Counted from the first letter of the stretch, positions 47,743 through 58,245 are shown. The stretch is 64,000 nt of DNA from an uncultured Clostridia bacterium (GCA_934120135.1 CAKOTK010000004.1:57862-121861); one strand, 5' to 3'. A program made the numbers and translations. The notes: generated from the sequence alone by a model not told the origin.

Positions 47743-48429
47743 TCATAATTGAATATCTTTTAGTATTGCCCAACTTCCAAGCATTTGAGGTACATCTTTA
47801 AATTCCATTAGTTCATTTGTAATAGGATGATATAGTTTTAATTCATATGCCCAAAGTGCAATTTGTTTTCCATGACCTCTTCCACCATATTTTTGGTCTC
47901 CATATATGCTATGGTCTCTACTAGATAATTGCACCCTAATCTGGTGATGTCTTCCTGTATGCAAGTTTATTTTTAAAACTGATAAGTTTAATTCTTCATC
48001 ATATTTTAAAACTTCATAATCTAATATGGCTGATTTGCTATTCTTAGTTCCTTCTTTCACAACTTTGCTCATATTAGTTCTCTCATTTTTTAGTAAATAG
48101 TCTTGTAATGTTCCTTTTGAGCTTTCCATCTTTCCATTTACTATTACTAAATATGTTTTTTGAAATTGTTTTTCTCTTACTTGATTACTTAGTCTTCCTG
48201 CTGCTTTCGAAGTTTTAGCAAATACCATTACTCCACCAACAGGCCTATCTAATCTATGTACTAATCCTAAATACACATTTCCTGGTTTGTTATACTTTTC
48301 TTTTAAATATGCTTTTATTATTGTAAGCATATCAACATCACCTGTTTTATCTGCCTGTGATGGTATGTTTACTGGTTTTTCTACTACTATTATATGGTTA
48401 TCTTCAAATATTACTTTTAAATTCTGCAT
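47743..48429 (-). CDS. RluA-family pseudouridine synthase
   Basis: VHRLDRPVGG catalytic Asp motif. Confidence 0.8.
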   Translation of the reverse strand: MQNLKVIFEDNHIIVVEKPVNIPSQADKTGDVDMLTIIKAYLKEKYNKPGNVYLGLVHRLDRPVGGVMVFAKTSKAAGRLSNQVREKQFQKTYLVIVNGKMESSKGTLQDYLLKNERTNMSKVVKEGTKNSKSAILDYEVLKYDEELNLSVLKINLHTGRHHQIRVQLSSRDHSIYGDQKYGGRGHGKQIALWAYELKLYHPITNELMEFKDVPQMLGSWAILKDIQL

Positions 48430-49293
48430 TTAATTCTCCCATCTTCCATAAATACCACATGGTAAAATCATTTTTGAGTTAGTCATAGGCAGACCTATTT
48501 CTCCATTTGATACTTTTCCTTTATATTTCTTTGATATTGTAAGCTCTAAAATATTTTGTAAAACTGTACTTGATATTCCTGTTGTATATGAATTGATTAA
48601 GAAAAATAGTGGTTTGTCTGATAATACTTGTGCACATAAATTTACAAGCTCTGGTAAGTTCTCTTCAAATTTCCACACTTCTCCATTTGCGCCTCTTCCA
48701 TAAGATGGTGGGTCCATAATTATTGCATCATATTTGTTGCCTCTACGAATTTCTCTATTTACAAATTTAATAACATCATCAACTATATATCTAACTGGTC
48801 TGTCTTGTAAGCCTGAAGCTTGTATATTTTCTTTTGCCCATGCTACCATACCTTTTGAACTATCTACATGACAAACTTGAGCACCAGCATAACTACATGC
48901 TACTGTTGCTCCTCCTGTATATGCAAATAGGTTTAATACTTTTATTTCTCTATTTGCTTTTTGAATTTTTTCTATCATCCAGTCCCAATTAACTGCTTGT
49001 TCTGGAAATAAACCAGTGTGTTTAAATCCCATTGGCTTTATATTAAATGTTAAATTTTTGTATTTGACTTGCCATGCATCTGGCATTTTTTTATTGTATT
49101 CCCAGTTTCCACCACCTGTTGAACTTCTGTGGTATTTAGCATTAACATTTTTCCACTTTTCTGGAAAACTTTTTTGTGTCCATATTATTTGTGGGTCTGG
49201 TCTTACTAAAATAACATTTTTCCATCGCTCTAGTTTTTCACCATTTGCCATGTCTAATATTTCGTAATCTTGCCAATCTTTTGCTACATTCAT
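48430..49293 (-). CDS. class I SAM-dependent RNA methyltransferase (RlmI/YwbD-like)
   Basis: DPPSYG motif and Rossmann-fold signatures. Confidence 0.7.
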   Translation of the reverse strand: MNVAKDWQDYEILDMANGEKLERWKNVILVRPDPQIIWTQKSFPEKWKNVNAKYHRSSTGGGNWEYNKKMPDAWQVKYKNLTFNIKPMGFKHTGLFPEQAVNWDWMIEKIQKANREIKVLNLFAYTGGATVACSYAGAQVCHVDSSKGMVAWAKENIQASGLQDRPVRYIVDDVIKFVNREIRRGNKYDAIIMDPPSYGRGANGEVWKFEENLPELVNLCAQVLSDKPLFFLINSYTTGISSTVLQNILELTISKKYKGKVSNGEIGLPMTNSKMILPCGIYGRWEN

Positions 49294-49327
49294 TTCTAAA
49301 TATCCTTCCTCTTCTCCATATATAATA

Positions 49328-49540
49328 TTACATAGTTCCAGTTAAAATATGTATAAAATTTATAACCAACATCACATCCATAACTACAAATGTTAAAAAT
49401 ATAGCACATGCAGTTACTGCTAATTTATGTTTTTTTATTTTTTGTATAAATCTACTTGTCCATTTTAATGACCCCAAATTTAAAGTATTACTACTTTCAT
49501 CATAACGTATATTTAAAATTAAATCTTTTGTGTACTCCAT
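49328..49540 (-). CDS. hypothetical small membrane protein (~70 aa)
   Basis: SD AGGAGG upstream of the internal ATG (MEYTKDL...); C-terminal transmembrane helix. Confidence 0.45.
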   Translation of the reverse strand: MEYTKDLILNIRYDESSNTLNLGSLKWTSRFIQKIKKHKLAVTACAIFLTFVVMDVMLVINFIHILTGTM

Positions 49541-49627
49541 AAAATAAAATCCTCCTAATATATTTTCTAATAATATATATTCACATATTCGGATTTTATG
49601 ATAAAAATCGTAACACAAATTATTACA

Positions 49628-51421
49628 TTATTCGCTTAATTTCTGCTTTATGCTTTTAGCTAAATTCTCTGTAATTCCTGATACCTCTGTCAATTCTTCT
49701 ATACTAGCATTTTGTATGTTGTTTATAGTTTTAAATTTCTTTAATAAAGCTTTTTTCTTTGCTTCTCCTATTCCGTCTATTTCGTCTAAAACTGAATGTG
49801 TTGTTTGTTTATCTCTTAATTGTCTATGATAATTTATTGCAGTATCATGTATGTTATCTTGAAAATTTGTAATTACTTTCATTAAATTTTCAGATAATTC
49901 AAATTCATTTTTATTTTCGTCTATAAGAGCTCTAGTACTATGTTTATCATCTTTTACCATTCCATATACAGGTATAGATAAGCCAAGTTCTTTAATAGCT
50001 TGTTTTGTTGCTCTTATTTGTGTAATTCCACCATCTGCAAATATCACATCTGGAAAGTCTCCAAATGCTCCATTTGGATTATCTATAGAATGGAGCAATC
50101 TTCTTTTTACTACCTCTTGCATACATTTTGGGTCATCTTGACCTACCACTGTCTTTATTTTAAATTTTCTTGATAAATTCTTTTTTATCTCTCCATCTTT
50201 TAGTACACACATTGATGCAACCATAAATTGCCCTGATAAATTTGATATATCATATCCTTCAATCTTTCTGGGCAATTTATCTAATTTTAGCACTTCTTTT
50301 AATTCATTTACAACACTATATTTTTCCTTTTCTTTATTCATTATAGTAATTTCAGCATTGTTTTCTGCCATTTCAACTAGTCTTAGTTTTTCGCCCTTTT
50401 GAGGTACTTTTATTTCTACCTTATGGCTTGAATTTTCTGAAAGCAATTGCTCTAATATTTCTTTATCTTCAATCACTTCTTTTATCATAATTTTATTTGG
50501 TAAAAATACATCATTTATATAATATTGTTTAATAAAACTTGATAAAATTTCTGCATCTGATTCATCTTGTAATCCTTCAAAAAAGTAATGATGTCTTTCT
50601 ATCATTTTACTATTACGAATTAAAAATATTTCAACACATATTTGAGTTTGTCCTTTAGCTATACCTATTACATCAATATTATGTTCTGATATATTAGAAA
50701 CCTTTTGTCTTTCTTCTGTAATTCTTTGAATAGCATATTTTTTATCTCTTAACTCTGCCGCTTTCTCAAACTCCAACTTATCTGCCGCTTCTTTAATATC
50801 TTTATCAAGCTCTTTCATTATTTGGTTTGTATTACCTTCTAATAGGCTAATAATTTGATTTATTTCTTTTCTATAATCTTCTTTTGAAATTTTACCAATA
50901 CAAGGTCCAGAGCATTTTTTAATATGATAATTTAAACATGCTCTACCTTTATATTTAAATGTTTTACATTGTCTAATTTTATATTTTGAATTTATAAAAT
51001 CTAGCATTGCTTTTGCACTGCCACTATTTGCATATGGTCCAAAATATCTTGCACCATCATTTAGTATTCTTCTAGTTAAGTATATGTTTGGGAATTCTAA
51101 TTTTGTGTTTATTTTAATATATGGGTATGTTTTGTCATCTTTTAATAAAACATTGAATTTTGGCATATTCTTTTTTATTAAGTTACACTCTAAAATAAGT
51201 GCCTCTGATTCATTATCTGTAACAATATATTCAAAGTGGTCTATTAAAGACACCATATTTTCAATTCTTTTTGTTTTATTGTTTTTTCTAAAATATTGCC
51301 TTACCCTGTTTTTTAGAGAAATTGCTTTACCAACATATATAATCTTATCATCTTTGTCATGCATAATATATACGCCTGGTTTGCTAGGCAACTTTTTTAG
51401 TTCCTCTTCTATATTAAACAC
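49628..51421 (-). CDS. uvrC: excinuclease ABC subunit C
   Basis: GIY-YIG N-terminus (PGVYIMHDKDDKIIYVGKA), UvrBC-interaction region, C-terminal helix-hairpin-helix. Confidence 0.95.
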   Translation of the reverse strand: MFNIEEELKKLPSKPGVYIMHDKDDKIIYVGKAISLKNRVRQYFRKNNKTKRIENMVSLIDHFEYIVTDNESEALILECNLIKKNMPKFNVLLKDDKTYPYIKINTKLEFPNIYLTRRILNDGARYFGPYANSGSAKAMLDFINSKYKIRQCKTFKYKGRACLNYHIKKCSGPCIGKISKEDYRKEINQIISLLEGNTNQIMKELDKDIKEAADKLEFEKAAELRDKKYAIQRITEERQKVSNISEHNIDVIGIAKGQTQICVEIFLIRNSKMIERHHYFFEGLQDESDAEILSSFIKQYYINDVFLPNKIMIKEVIEDKEILEQLLSENSSHKVEIKVPQKGEKLRLVEMAENNAEITIMNKEKEKYSVVNELKEVLKLDKLPRKIEGYDISNLSGQFMVASMCVLKDGEIKKNLSRKFKIKTVVGQDDPKCMQEVVKRRLLHSIDNPNGAFGDFPDVIFADGGITQIRATKQAIKELGLSIPVYGMVKDDKHSTRALIDENKNEFELSENLMKVITNFQDNIHDTAINYHRQLRDKQTTHSVLDEIDGIGEAKKKALLKKFKTINNIQNASIEELTEVSGITENLAKSIKQKLSE

Positions 51422-51534
51422 CTTTAGTTTTCCCCCTTAGCATAATATATATTGTAGCATATTTTGCTGCATTTTACAAGGTAAACTCAAGGTTCTATTC
51501 CTTAAAGAATTTTTACTTTTTATAATAATTATTT

Positions 51535-52092
51535 CTATCTATTTTCAATATAGTATTTAAGTATTTCTCTATCTCTATAATTCATAAACTTTGTTCTATA
51601 TATACTGTCATAATCAGAAGCTTTAAGTTGACTTTCACATTCTATAATTTTATTCAAAGCCTCCTCAGGTGTAAGCCAAATAACTAATCCTCCCTCATCT
51701 ATCTCTTTTTGTGTCATTTTGGTATTTTTTGTGTCATTTTTCACATCACATCTAAATACATAGGATATCTGTTGAAAATTTTCTTGAGATTTTAGTTCTC
51801 TTGTTATTCCTAATAATAATATATTATTGACTTCACATCCAACTTCTTCTAAAACTTCTCTTTCAAATGCTTTCTCTGAAGTCTCACCTTGCTCTACTCC
51901 ACCACCAGGCAATTTATATTCATTTTTTGCTTTCTTAAAAAATACAGCTATAGTTCCATCTTGCTTTTTTACAATTCCTCTTGCACCATACCTTATTTTT
52001 GGATTATCAAAAGGAATTGATTCAATTCCAAACGTATCATCTGTTATTTCTGTTATAATATTCATATTACCTCCCTCATATTTTAATATCAA
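51535..52092 (-). CDS. NUDIX hydrolase
   Basis: Nudix box GGGVEQGETSEKAFEREVLEEVG. Confidence 0.85.
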   Translation of the reverse strand: MILKYEGGNMNIITEITDDTFGIESIPFDNPKIRYGARGIVKKQDGTIAVFFKKAKNEYKLPGGGVEQGETSEKAFEREVLEEVGCEVNNILLLGITRELKSQENFQQISYVFRCDVKNDTKNTKMTQKEIDEGGLVIWLTPEEALNKIIECESQLKASDYDSIYRTKFMNYRDREILKYYIENR

Positions 52093-53491
52093 AATTAACT
52101 ATACTATTTTTTCTACTCATAATTTCATATGCTTTTTCTGTTATTTCTATACTTGTTTTGTGTTCTAACAAATCCGAACTGTCATCTATATTAAGTAGAA
52201 AATTTATAAAACAATTTTCTCTTGCTTTTTCGTTATATCCGTTAAAATATTTTTTATCTTTTTCAGATAATGTTGCAATGTCTAATGTTTCAAATATTTT
52301 GCCTCCAATAAGTTGACTATTTCTAAATACATATATATCAAAATGTTCTACACTTCCCACACCATTATTAAGTATTTGGTCTCTATCTTTTACTTCATAA
52401 GCCTGATAACTATGAACTTGTATATTCATAAGTGGTCCAACTTGTACATTAAGTCTTTCGTGTCTCACTCTACCATTTCCCTTATATGTATCTTTAGGTA
52501 ATTCACACCAAGCTCTTCTACTAAATCCTGATTGCATTAAATTTATAGAACAGTTAGTAATTAATTTTTCATCTTGTTTAAAATTAATTATTGAATGAAA
52601 ATCTATTTCACCAAAGTCTATAAATTTTTCTTTGTTTTCTATATATTTTTCAAATCTATTAGTTTTTAATATTCTCTTATAATCATAATTGTTAAAAGTA
52701 TTAAAAAAATCTACCGGATTATATGTAGAAACAAACATTTCCGCATTATTTATTTGCTTTCCCTTAGTTTCACGGTTTACTTCCATAAGCCAAGCCATTA
52801 AATCTATAAAGTGATATCCACTGTGAAAAAGTTTTCCGTATCCATATTTGTATGGATGATTTTCTCTCTCTAGAAATTCTGAAGGCATATTCCACATTCC
52901 GTCATTATGATATATATCTATATATGTAATTGGTATATTATACTCTCTTACCACTTGTTCTAATAAACGTTTCACATATAAATACCCTTCATGAAATCTT
53001 CTTTGACATTGTATTTTGAAGCTTATTTTATCTTTTTTCTTTTTATACATTTGACATAAAATATCATATTCTTCTTTAATTTTTAATGCTTGTTTTGTAT
53101 CACAGTTAACATTAATTGGAGCTGTAATTGGTTTATCCATTAATATGTTTATGTCATTTTCAAGAAAAAATTTAGCATATGCAAAATGCGATTTCGGCTC
53201 TGTTGATATTATAGCATATTTTATGTTCTTTTGTAGAATCAACTCTTGTATTTCTTTCTTGTCTTCACTTGTAAGTTCTAGGTTATCTCTTTTGTAGTCA
53301 TCCAACAAGTATAAATCTACCGACCTAAAATCGTTTTCTTCCAAGTAACTCTCTATTTCTCTTCTTTTGCTTTTCAAGTCTACTATAACTTTTGGACTCA
53401 TTCTGTATTTTTTAAATAAATTCATATAAATTCTTTTAGCATGAGGTCCTAGTCCAACAAGTATAATACTATAGTCGTTAAATTCATTCAT
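52076..53491 (-). CDS. Gfo/Idh/MocA-family NAD(P)-dependent oxidoreductase (471 aa)
   Basis: N-terminal Rossmann fold (IILVGLGPHAKRI) and EPK..DKP motif. Overlaps the NUDIX gene by 17 nt. Confidence 0.65.
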   Translation of the reverse strand: MNEFNDYSIILVGLGPHAKRIYMNLFKKYRMSPKVIVDLKSKRREIESYLEENDFRSVDLYLLDDYKRDNLELTSEDKKEIQELILQKNIKYAIISTEPKSHFAYAKFFLENDINILMDKPITAPINVNCDTKQALKIKEEYDILCQMYKKKKDKISFKIQCQRRFHEGYLYVKRLLEQVVREYNIPITYIDIYHNDGMWNMPSEFLERENHPYKYGYGKLFHSGYHFIDLMAWLMEVNRETKGKQINNAEMFVSTYNPVDFFNTFNNYDYKRILKTNRFEKYIENKEKFIDFGEIDFHSIINFKQDEKLITNCSINLMQSGFSRRAWCELPKDTYKGNGRVRHERLNVQVGPLMNIQVHSYQAYEVKDRDQILNNGVGSVEHFDIYVFRNSQLIGGKIFETLDIATLSEKDKKYFNGYNEKARENCFINFLLNIDDSSDLLEHKTSIEITEKAYEIMSRKNSIVNFDIKI

Positions 53492-53588
53492 ACGAGTATC
53501 CTCCCTTGCAAAAACTCTATAGCAGTATTATATTAGCAATATTCCTTAAATACAAATACAAATATTTTATATATTATATAAGTGAAAT

Positions 53589-53623
53589 TTATATCAAAAA
53601 AGAAAATGCCATTTGGCATTTTC
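53589..53623 (-). terminator. rho-independent terminator after the CYTH gene
   Basis: On minus strand: AAAATGCC-aaat-GGCATTTT followed by CTTTTTTG. Confidence 0.6.
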
Positions 53624-53632
53624 AAATCTTAA

Positions 53633-54211
53633 TTATTTTACATCTAAAAAATTATTAATTGTATTATTTAATATTTCATTAAATTTTGGATCTTTTGCTT
53701 TTTCTTTAAATATATCTCCATATAATTTTTCCGGCTTGCTATTTATTCCTATTCTTTTTAAATATTCATCTAAATCTTTGAATTCATATTCTTCTTTTAA
53801 TTCAAACTCAACAAAGTTTCCCAGTATCTCTAGCTCATCTATATATACCTTTGCAACATCAATCTCTCTTACTTCTCTAATTCTATTTATATACAAATAT
53901 GGCTGTAATCCAATATTCTTTAAAAAATCATACCCATCTTTCATTGTAGGAATTACAATTTTGGACTCACTCCAAGAATTATCATCTAATCTTCTTTTAG
54001 ATTCAATTATACATTTACTTGATTTATTTCTAAGGCGAATAATGTATCCGAGTTTTTCTAATGAATCAAATCCATATTGTCCCATGCATAAATCTACACA
54101 TTGAGTTGCTTTTTCTATTGGACAAGATGAATTTATAATTCTATTTTTAATTTCTTCATCTATTTTATATCTAATTTCTCTTTCTATTTCTGTTCCACCT
54201 GACATATACAT
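53633..54211 (-). CDS. CYTH-domain protein (CyaB/thiamine-triphosphatase-like triphosphate tunnel metalloenzyme)
   Basis: EIEREIRYKI N-terminal motif, IRLR, and ExE (VEFELK) motifs. Overlaps the 3' end of the upstream gene. Confidence 0.75.
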   Translation of the reverse strand: MYMSGGTEIEREIRYKIDEEIKNRIINSSCPIEKATQCVDLCMGQYGFDSLEKLGYIIRLRNKSSKCIIESKRRLDDNSWSESKIVIPTMKDGYDFLKNIGLQPYLYINRIREVREIDVAKVYIDELEILGNFVEFELKEEYEFKDLDEYLKRIGINSKPEKLYGDIFKEKAKDPKFNEILNNTINNFLDVK

Positions 54212-56019
54212 CTGCCTCCCATTTCTTCGTAGACTTTTTTTATTTTACTTGCAAGTTCATTATCATCTCTCTCTTTTATAGAATAATACAAATCTATAGT
54301 ATCATTTGTAGCTCTACATAAATTAACTTTTCCATCTTGACTAATATATAAATCATTATGTTCCCTACAAAGTTCAGTTTTATCATTCTGTTCAGATATA
54401 ATACTACAAGTACATCTTTGTAAAAAGATGTTGTGAATTCCGTTAGAAAATAATTTTTTTCTAAAACTATCTTTTATATTCTTATACCCCATTTGTTTGA
54501 TTAAAGGCTCTATTTTATATATACTTGTATAATATTTTGAATTTTTTGGATATACCTCTACAATTTTCAAATCTGCTTTTATTGAAGAAGCAAAGCCTAC
54601 CAATTCTTGTATAGAATTATAATTATCATTTATTCCCCTTAATAATGTTGTATTTATGCTTATTTTTAATGTTGGATATTTAAACCTCATTTTTTTAACT
54701 GCAGAAACCACTTTTTCATATGAATTTTCAACAGTAGAAATACTCTGATATTTATTTTTATCAAAACTATGTAAAGAAATATTAAGCTTGTCTACCATTT
54801 CCCCTATCCACATATTATCTTCTAAAAGATATCCATTGGTAGTTACTTTTATATTGGCTCCATGTTTCTTTAAGTTGGTAATTATTTCTTTTAAGTTTTC
54901 CTTTAATAGTGGCTCTCCCCCTGTTAATTGAACTGTTTTTATTCCATATCTATTGTTTAGTACACTATACATGTATTCAATATCATCTGGTGTCATAAGA
55001 GATTCCTTCTTAGTTTTTATTCCTTCTTTATGACAAAACTCACAATTATACACACAGTCTTGTAATAATATTAAGCGGATTGTTTTTTGCTTAAGACTAT
55101 TTAACATATTAGCTTTTTCTTTAACTATTTCTACAAATTTTTTAGGTGCACTTGTTAGGAATTCTTTAATATATACTATACCAATTTTAGTTTTTGGTAA
55201 TTCTTCTTTTATTGGTATTTCTATAAGTTCACCTGATTGTAACTTATCCATAACAGACATCTTGGTAAAATACCCTATTCCCAGTCCCTTTTTTACAAGA
55301 TCCAACATTACTTCTGTTGTTGCAACTTCAATGTTAGGTTCAAATATCTCTAGAGACCCTCCTAATATATTATCCAGAGCTTTTCTTGTACTTGTTTTAG
55401 CTTGTTGTAACAGCAAAGGATATTGTGATAGTTCATTTATGCTTATGGCTTTACTATTACTTATTAACTTTGCATACTTATTACTAGCTACGAAACAATT
55501 ATCTACCTCTATTAAATCATCCACCACAATGTCTTCTCGTGAACTTTCTATTGGATAGCTATCTATTATTACATCCAGCTCTCTTTTTTCTAACATATCA
55601 ACCATTTCTGTAGTTGATCTATTAACAATAGAAAATTTTATTCCTGGATAGTTTTTATTAAAAGCTTCTATTATATCTGAAACTAAAAAGATACAAATAT
55701 GCGTCGGTACTCCTATTCTAACTTCTCCTTTTAATAAATCATTTGAATCATTTAGAACTTTAAATCCAGTTTTTATTGTATTGTATGCATTTTCCATATA
55801 ATACATAAGTTTCTGAGCATCAGCAGTAAGTTCAACACCTTTTGCTGTACGGTTAAACAATTTACATTCCAATCTGTCCTCTAATATTTTTATATTACGA
55901 CTGACAGCCGGTTGTGATACATACAACATGTCTGCCGCTTTAGATATGCTACCAGATTTTGCCACAGCTACAAATGATTTACATAGATTCAAATCTATAT
56001 TATTTAATTCTTCCATCAT
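54184..56019 (-). CDS. LysR-type transcriptional regulator fused to a MoaA/viperin-like radical-SAM domain (611 aa)
   Basis: aa 1-~300: LysR HTH (SISKAADMLYVSQPAVSRNIKILE) plus substrate-binding domain. aa ~305-611: CVYNCEFCH (CxxxCxxC), TGGEPLL, and MoaA-like C-terminus with additional Cys and a DGKVNLC motif. Confidence 0.7.
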   Translation of the reverse strand: MMEELNNIDLNLCKSFVAVAKSGSISKAADMLYVSQPAVSRNIKILEDRLECKLFNRTAKGVELTADAQKLMYYMENAYNTIKTGFKVLNDSNDLLKGEVRIGVPTHICIFLVSDIIEAFNKNYPGIKFSIVNRSTTEMVDMLEKRELDVIIDSYPIESSREDIVVDDLIEVDNCFVASNKYAKLISNSKAISINELSQYPLLLQQAKTSTRKALDNILGGSLEIFEPNIEVATTEVMLDLVKKGLGIGYFTKMSVMDKLQSGELIEIPIKEELPKTKIGIVYIKEFLTSAPKKFVEIVKEKANMLNSLKQKTIRLILLQDCVYNCEFCHKEGIKTKKESLMTPDDIEYMYSVLNNRYGIKTVQLTGGEPLLKENLKEIITNLKKHGANIKVTTNGYLLEDNMWIGEMVDKLNISLHSFDKNKYQSISTVENSYEKVVSAVKKMRFKYPTLKISINTTLLRGINDNYNSIQELVGFASSIKADLKIVEVYPKNSKYYTSIYKIEPLIKQMGYKNIKDSFRKKLFSNGIHNIFLQRCTCSIISEQNDKTELCREHNDLYISQDGKVNLCRATNDTIDLYYSIKERDDNELASKIKKVYEEMGGRCICQVEQK

Positions 56020-56124
56020 CTGTCTCCTATTTATAAATTTTATTTATGTTGTTGTTTTGCATTATATCATATTTTTATTTTGCTTTCAATATATATTACT
56101 TATTGTGATATAAAAAAATAAAAT

Positions 56125-56153
56125 TTGACACATTTTGCATTTTATAGTAATAT
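56125..56153 (+). promoter_or_regulatory. sigma-A promoter for glmS (TTGACA-17-TAATAT)
   Basis: TTGACA 56125-56130, TAATAT 56148-56153; gives a ~240-nt leader. Confidence 0.6.
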
Positions 56154-56204
56154 ATTAGCACTAGGAATACAAATTAAAAAAATATCCTTTAGGAGGGTTG
56201 TATA

Positions 56205-56385
56205 TATTTAGCGCCAGGACAGTGTTTATACACTGTTGACGAGGTTAGAGCTTATCGAAAGATTCGGCGGATGGCTCTATGGCATGCGTTACTGCCATTA
56301 CATATTAACAAAAAAATTATAGTGATATAATATAACAAATTTAATATGAGTGCGCTTTAATTTGTATGCCTTACTTTAAATTTTA
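56205..56385 (+). ncRNA. glmS ribozyme: glmS ribozyme (GlcN6P-dependent self-cleaving riboswitch)
   Basis: Core AGCGCCAGGAC...GACGAGG...TATCGAAAGATTCGGCGGATG matches the glmS ribozyme P1-P2.2 consensus; located in the glmS 5' UTR. Confidence 0.8.
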
Positions 56386-56401
56386 AGGAGGTATATTTTT
56401 T

Positions 56402-58234
56402 ATGTGTGGCATTATAGGTTATATAGGAGACAAAAAAGCCACTCCAGTTTTAATAAATGGTTTATTATGTTTAGAATACCGAGGTTATGACTCTGCTGGT
56501 ATTGCTGTTATTGAAGACGGCAAAATTACTGTAATGAAAGATAAAGGAAGAGTTGCAAATTTAGAAGCAATTGATGGTATAAATGATTTAAAATCTACTA
56601 TTGGTATTGCACATACAAGATGGGCAACTCATGGAAAACCTGCAAAAGAAAATTCTCATCCTCATATGGATAATAGCGGTGAATTTGTAGTTGTGCACAA
56701 TGGTATTATTGAAAATTACCATGAATTAAAAGAATTTTTAGCTTCTAAAGGATATTACTTTTTATCCCAAACAGACACAGAAATAATTCCTAATTTGATT
56801 CATTACTATTACACAAATGGAATAAATGATGATGACAAATTCTTAAGAGCCGTAAAATCTGCAGTCGATGATTTAAAAGGAAGTTATGCACTAGAAATTA
56901 TTTCTAACTTACATCCTGATAGAGTTATTGTAGTTAGAAAAGATAGTCCTTTAGTTTTAGGAAAAGGAAATGGTGAAAACTTTATTGCATCAGATATTCC
57001 TGCTGTTTTAAAATATACAAAGGAATTTTATTTGTTAGATGACCAAGAGTATGCAGTTGTTTATAAAGACCATATAGATTTTTATGATAATAGCTTAACT
57101 TCTCATAGCAAAGCTATTAAGAATATTGAATGGGATGCTACTGCAGCAGAGAAAAATGGCTATGAAGATTATATGTTAAAAGAAATATTTGAACAACCAA
57201 CTGCAATTCGTGAGACCATTGGTTCTAGATTTAAACTTGGAGAAAAATGCAGTTTTGATGACATAGACATTTCAAAAGAATATTTAGAGAAAATAAATAA
57301 GATATATATTGTTGCTTGTGGTACAGCTATGCATGCAGGTTTAGTCGGAAAAAATGCAATTGAAAAACTTTGCAAAATTCCTACTGTAGTTGATATTGCA
57401 TCTGAGTTCCGTTATCGTGACCCAATTATAGATGATAAAACACTTTGTATCTATATTAGTCAATCTGGCGAAACTGCTGATACAATTGCAGCTTTAAAAC
57501 TTGCTAAGGCTAAAGGTGCTAAAACATTAGCTGTTTCAAATGTAATTGGAAGTTCAATTACTCGTGAGGCTGATTATACAATATATACTCATGCCGGTCC
57601 TGAAATTGCTGTTGCTTCTACAAAAGCATATACTTCACAAGTTGTGTTAATGGTAATTTTAGCTATGTATTTTGCTGAAGTTTTAGGATCATATGATGGA
57701 ATTGAAAAATTAAAAGCTGATATTTTAGATTTACCTGCTAAAGTTGAAGCCATGTTAGATGAAACAGATGCTATTAAAGAGTTTGCTAACAAAGTATATA
57801 CTGAGCATGATATGTACTTTTTAGGTAGAGGTACTGATTACAATGTTGCAATGGAAGGTTCTTTAAAATTAAAAGAAATTTCATATATTCATTCTGAGGC
57901 ATATGCTTCTGGCGAATTAAAACATGGACCTATTGCTTTAATTGAAAATGGTATAACTGTAATTAGTATTTTAACAGATCCTAATTTAGTTGAAAAATCT
58001 ATTAGCAATATTCAAGAAGTTATAACAAGAGGTGCTAAAACTTTAGTCGTTACAAATCAAAAGTTATCAAATAGTTCATTTAATTATGTTATAAATATAC
58101 CTGAAACTAATAGCCTTATCTCACCTATCCTTTCTGTTATTCCACTTCAATTGCTTTCCTACTACATTGCTAAAAATAAAGGATTAGATGTTGATAAACC
58201 AAGAAACTTGGCTAAATCAGTTACAGTTGAATAA
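56402..58234 (+). CDS. glmS: glutamine--fructose-6-phosphate aminotransferase
   Basis: MCGIIGY N-terminal nucleophile, two SIS domains, C-terminal KSVTVE. Confidence 0.95.
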   Translation: MCGIIGYIGDKKATPVLINGLLCLEYRGYDSAGIAVIEDGKITVMKDKGRVANLEAIDGINDLKSTIGIAHTRWATHGKPAKENSHPHMDNSGEFVVVHNGIIENYHELKEFLASKGYYFLSQTDTEIIPNLIHYYYTNGINDDDKFLRAVKSAVDDLKGSYALEIISNLHPDRVIVVRKDSPLVLGKGNGENFIASDIPAVLKYTKEFYLLDDQEYAVVYKDHIDFYDNSLTSHSKAIKNIEWDATAAEKNGYEDYMLKEIFEQPTAIRETIGSRFKLGEKCSFDDIDISKEYLEKINKIYIVACGTAMHAGLVGKNAIEKLCKIPTVVDIASEFRYRDPIIDDKTLCIYISQSGETADTIAALKLAKAKGAKTLAVSNVIGSSITREADYTIYTHAGPEIAVASTKAYTSQVVLMVILAMYFAEVLGSYDGIEKLKADILDLPAKVEAMLDETDAIKEFANKVYTEHDMYFLGRGTDYNVAMEGSLKLKEISYIHSEAYASGELKHGPIALIENGITVISILTDPNLVEKSISNIQEVITRGAKTLVVTNQKLSNSSFNYVINIPETNSLISPILSVIPLQLLSYYIAKNKGLDVDKPRNLAKSVTVE

Positions 58235-58245
58235 TATTATAATTT

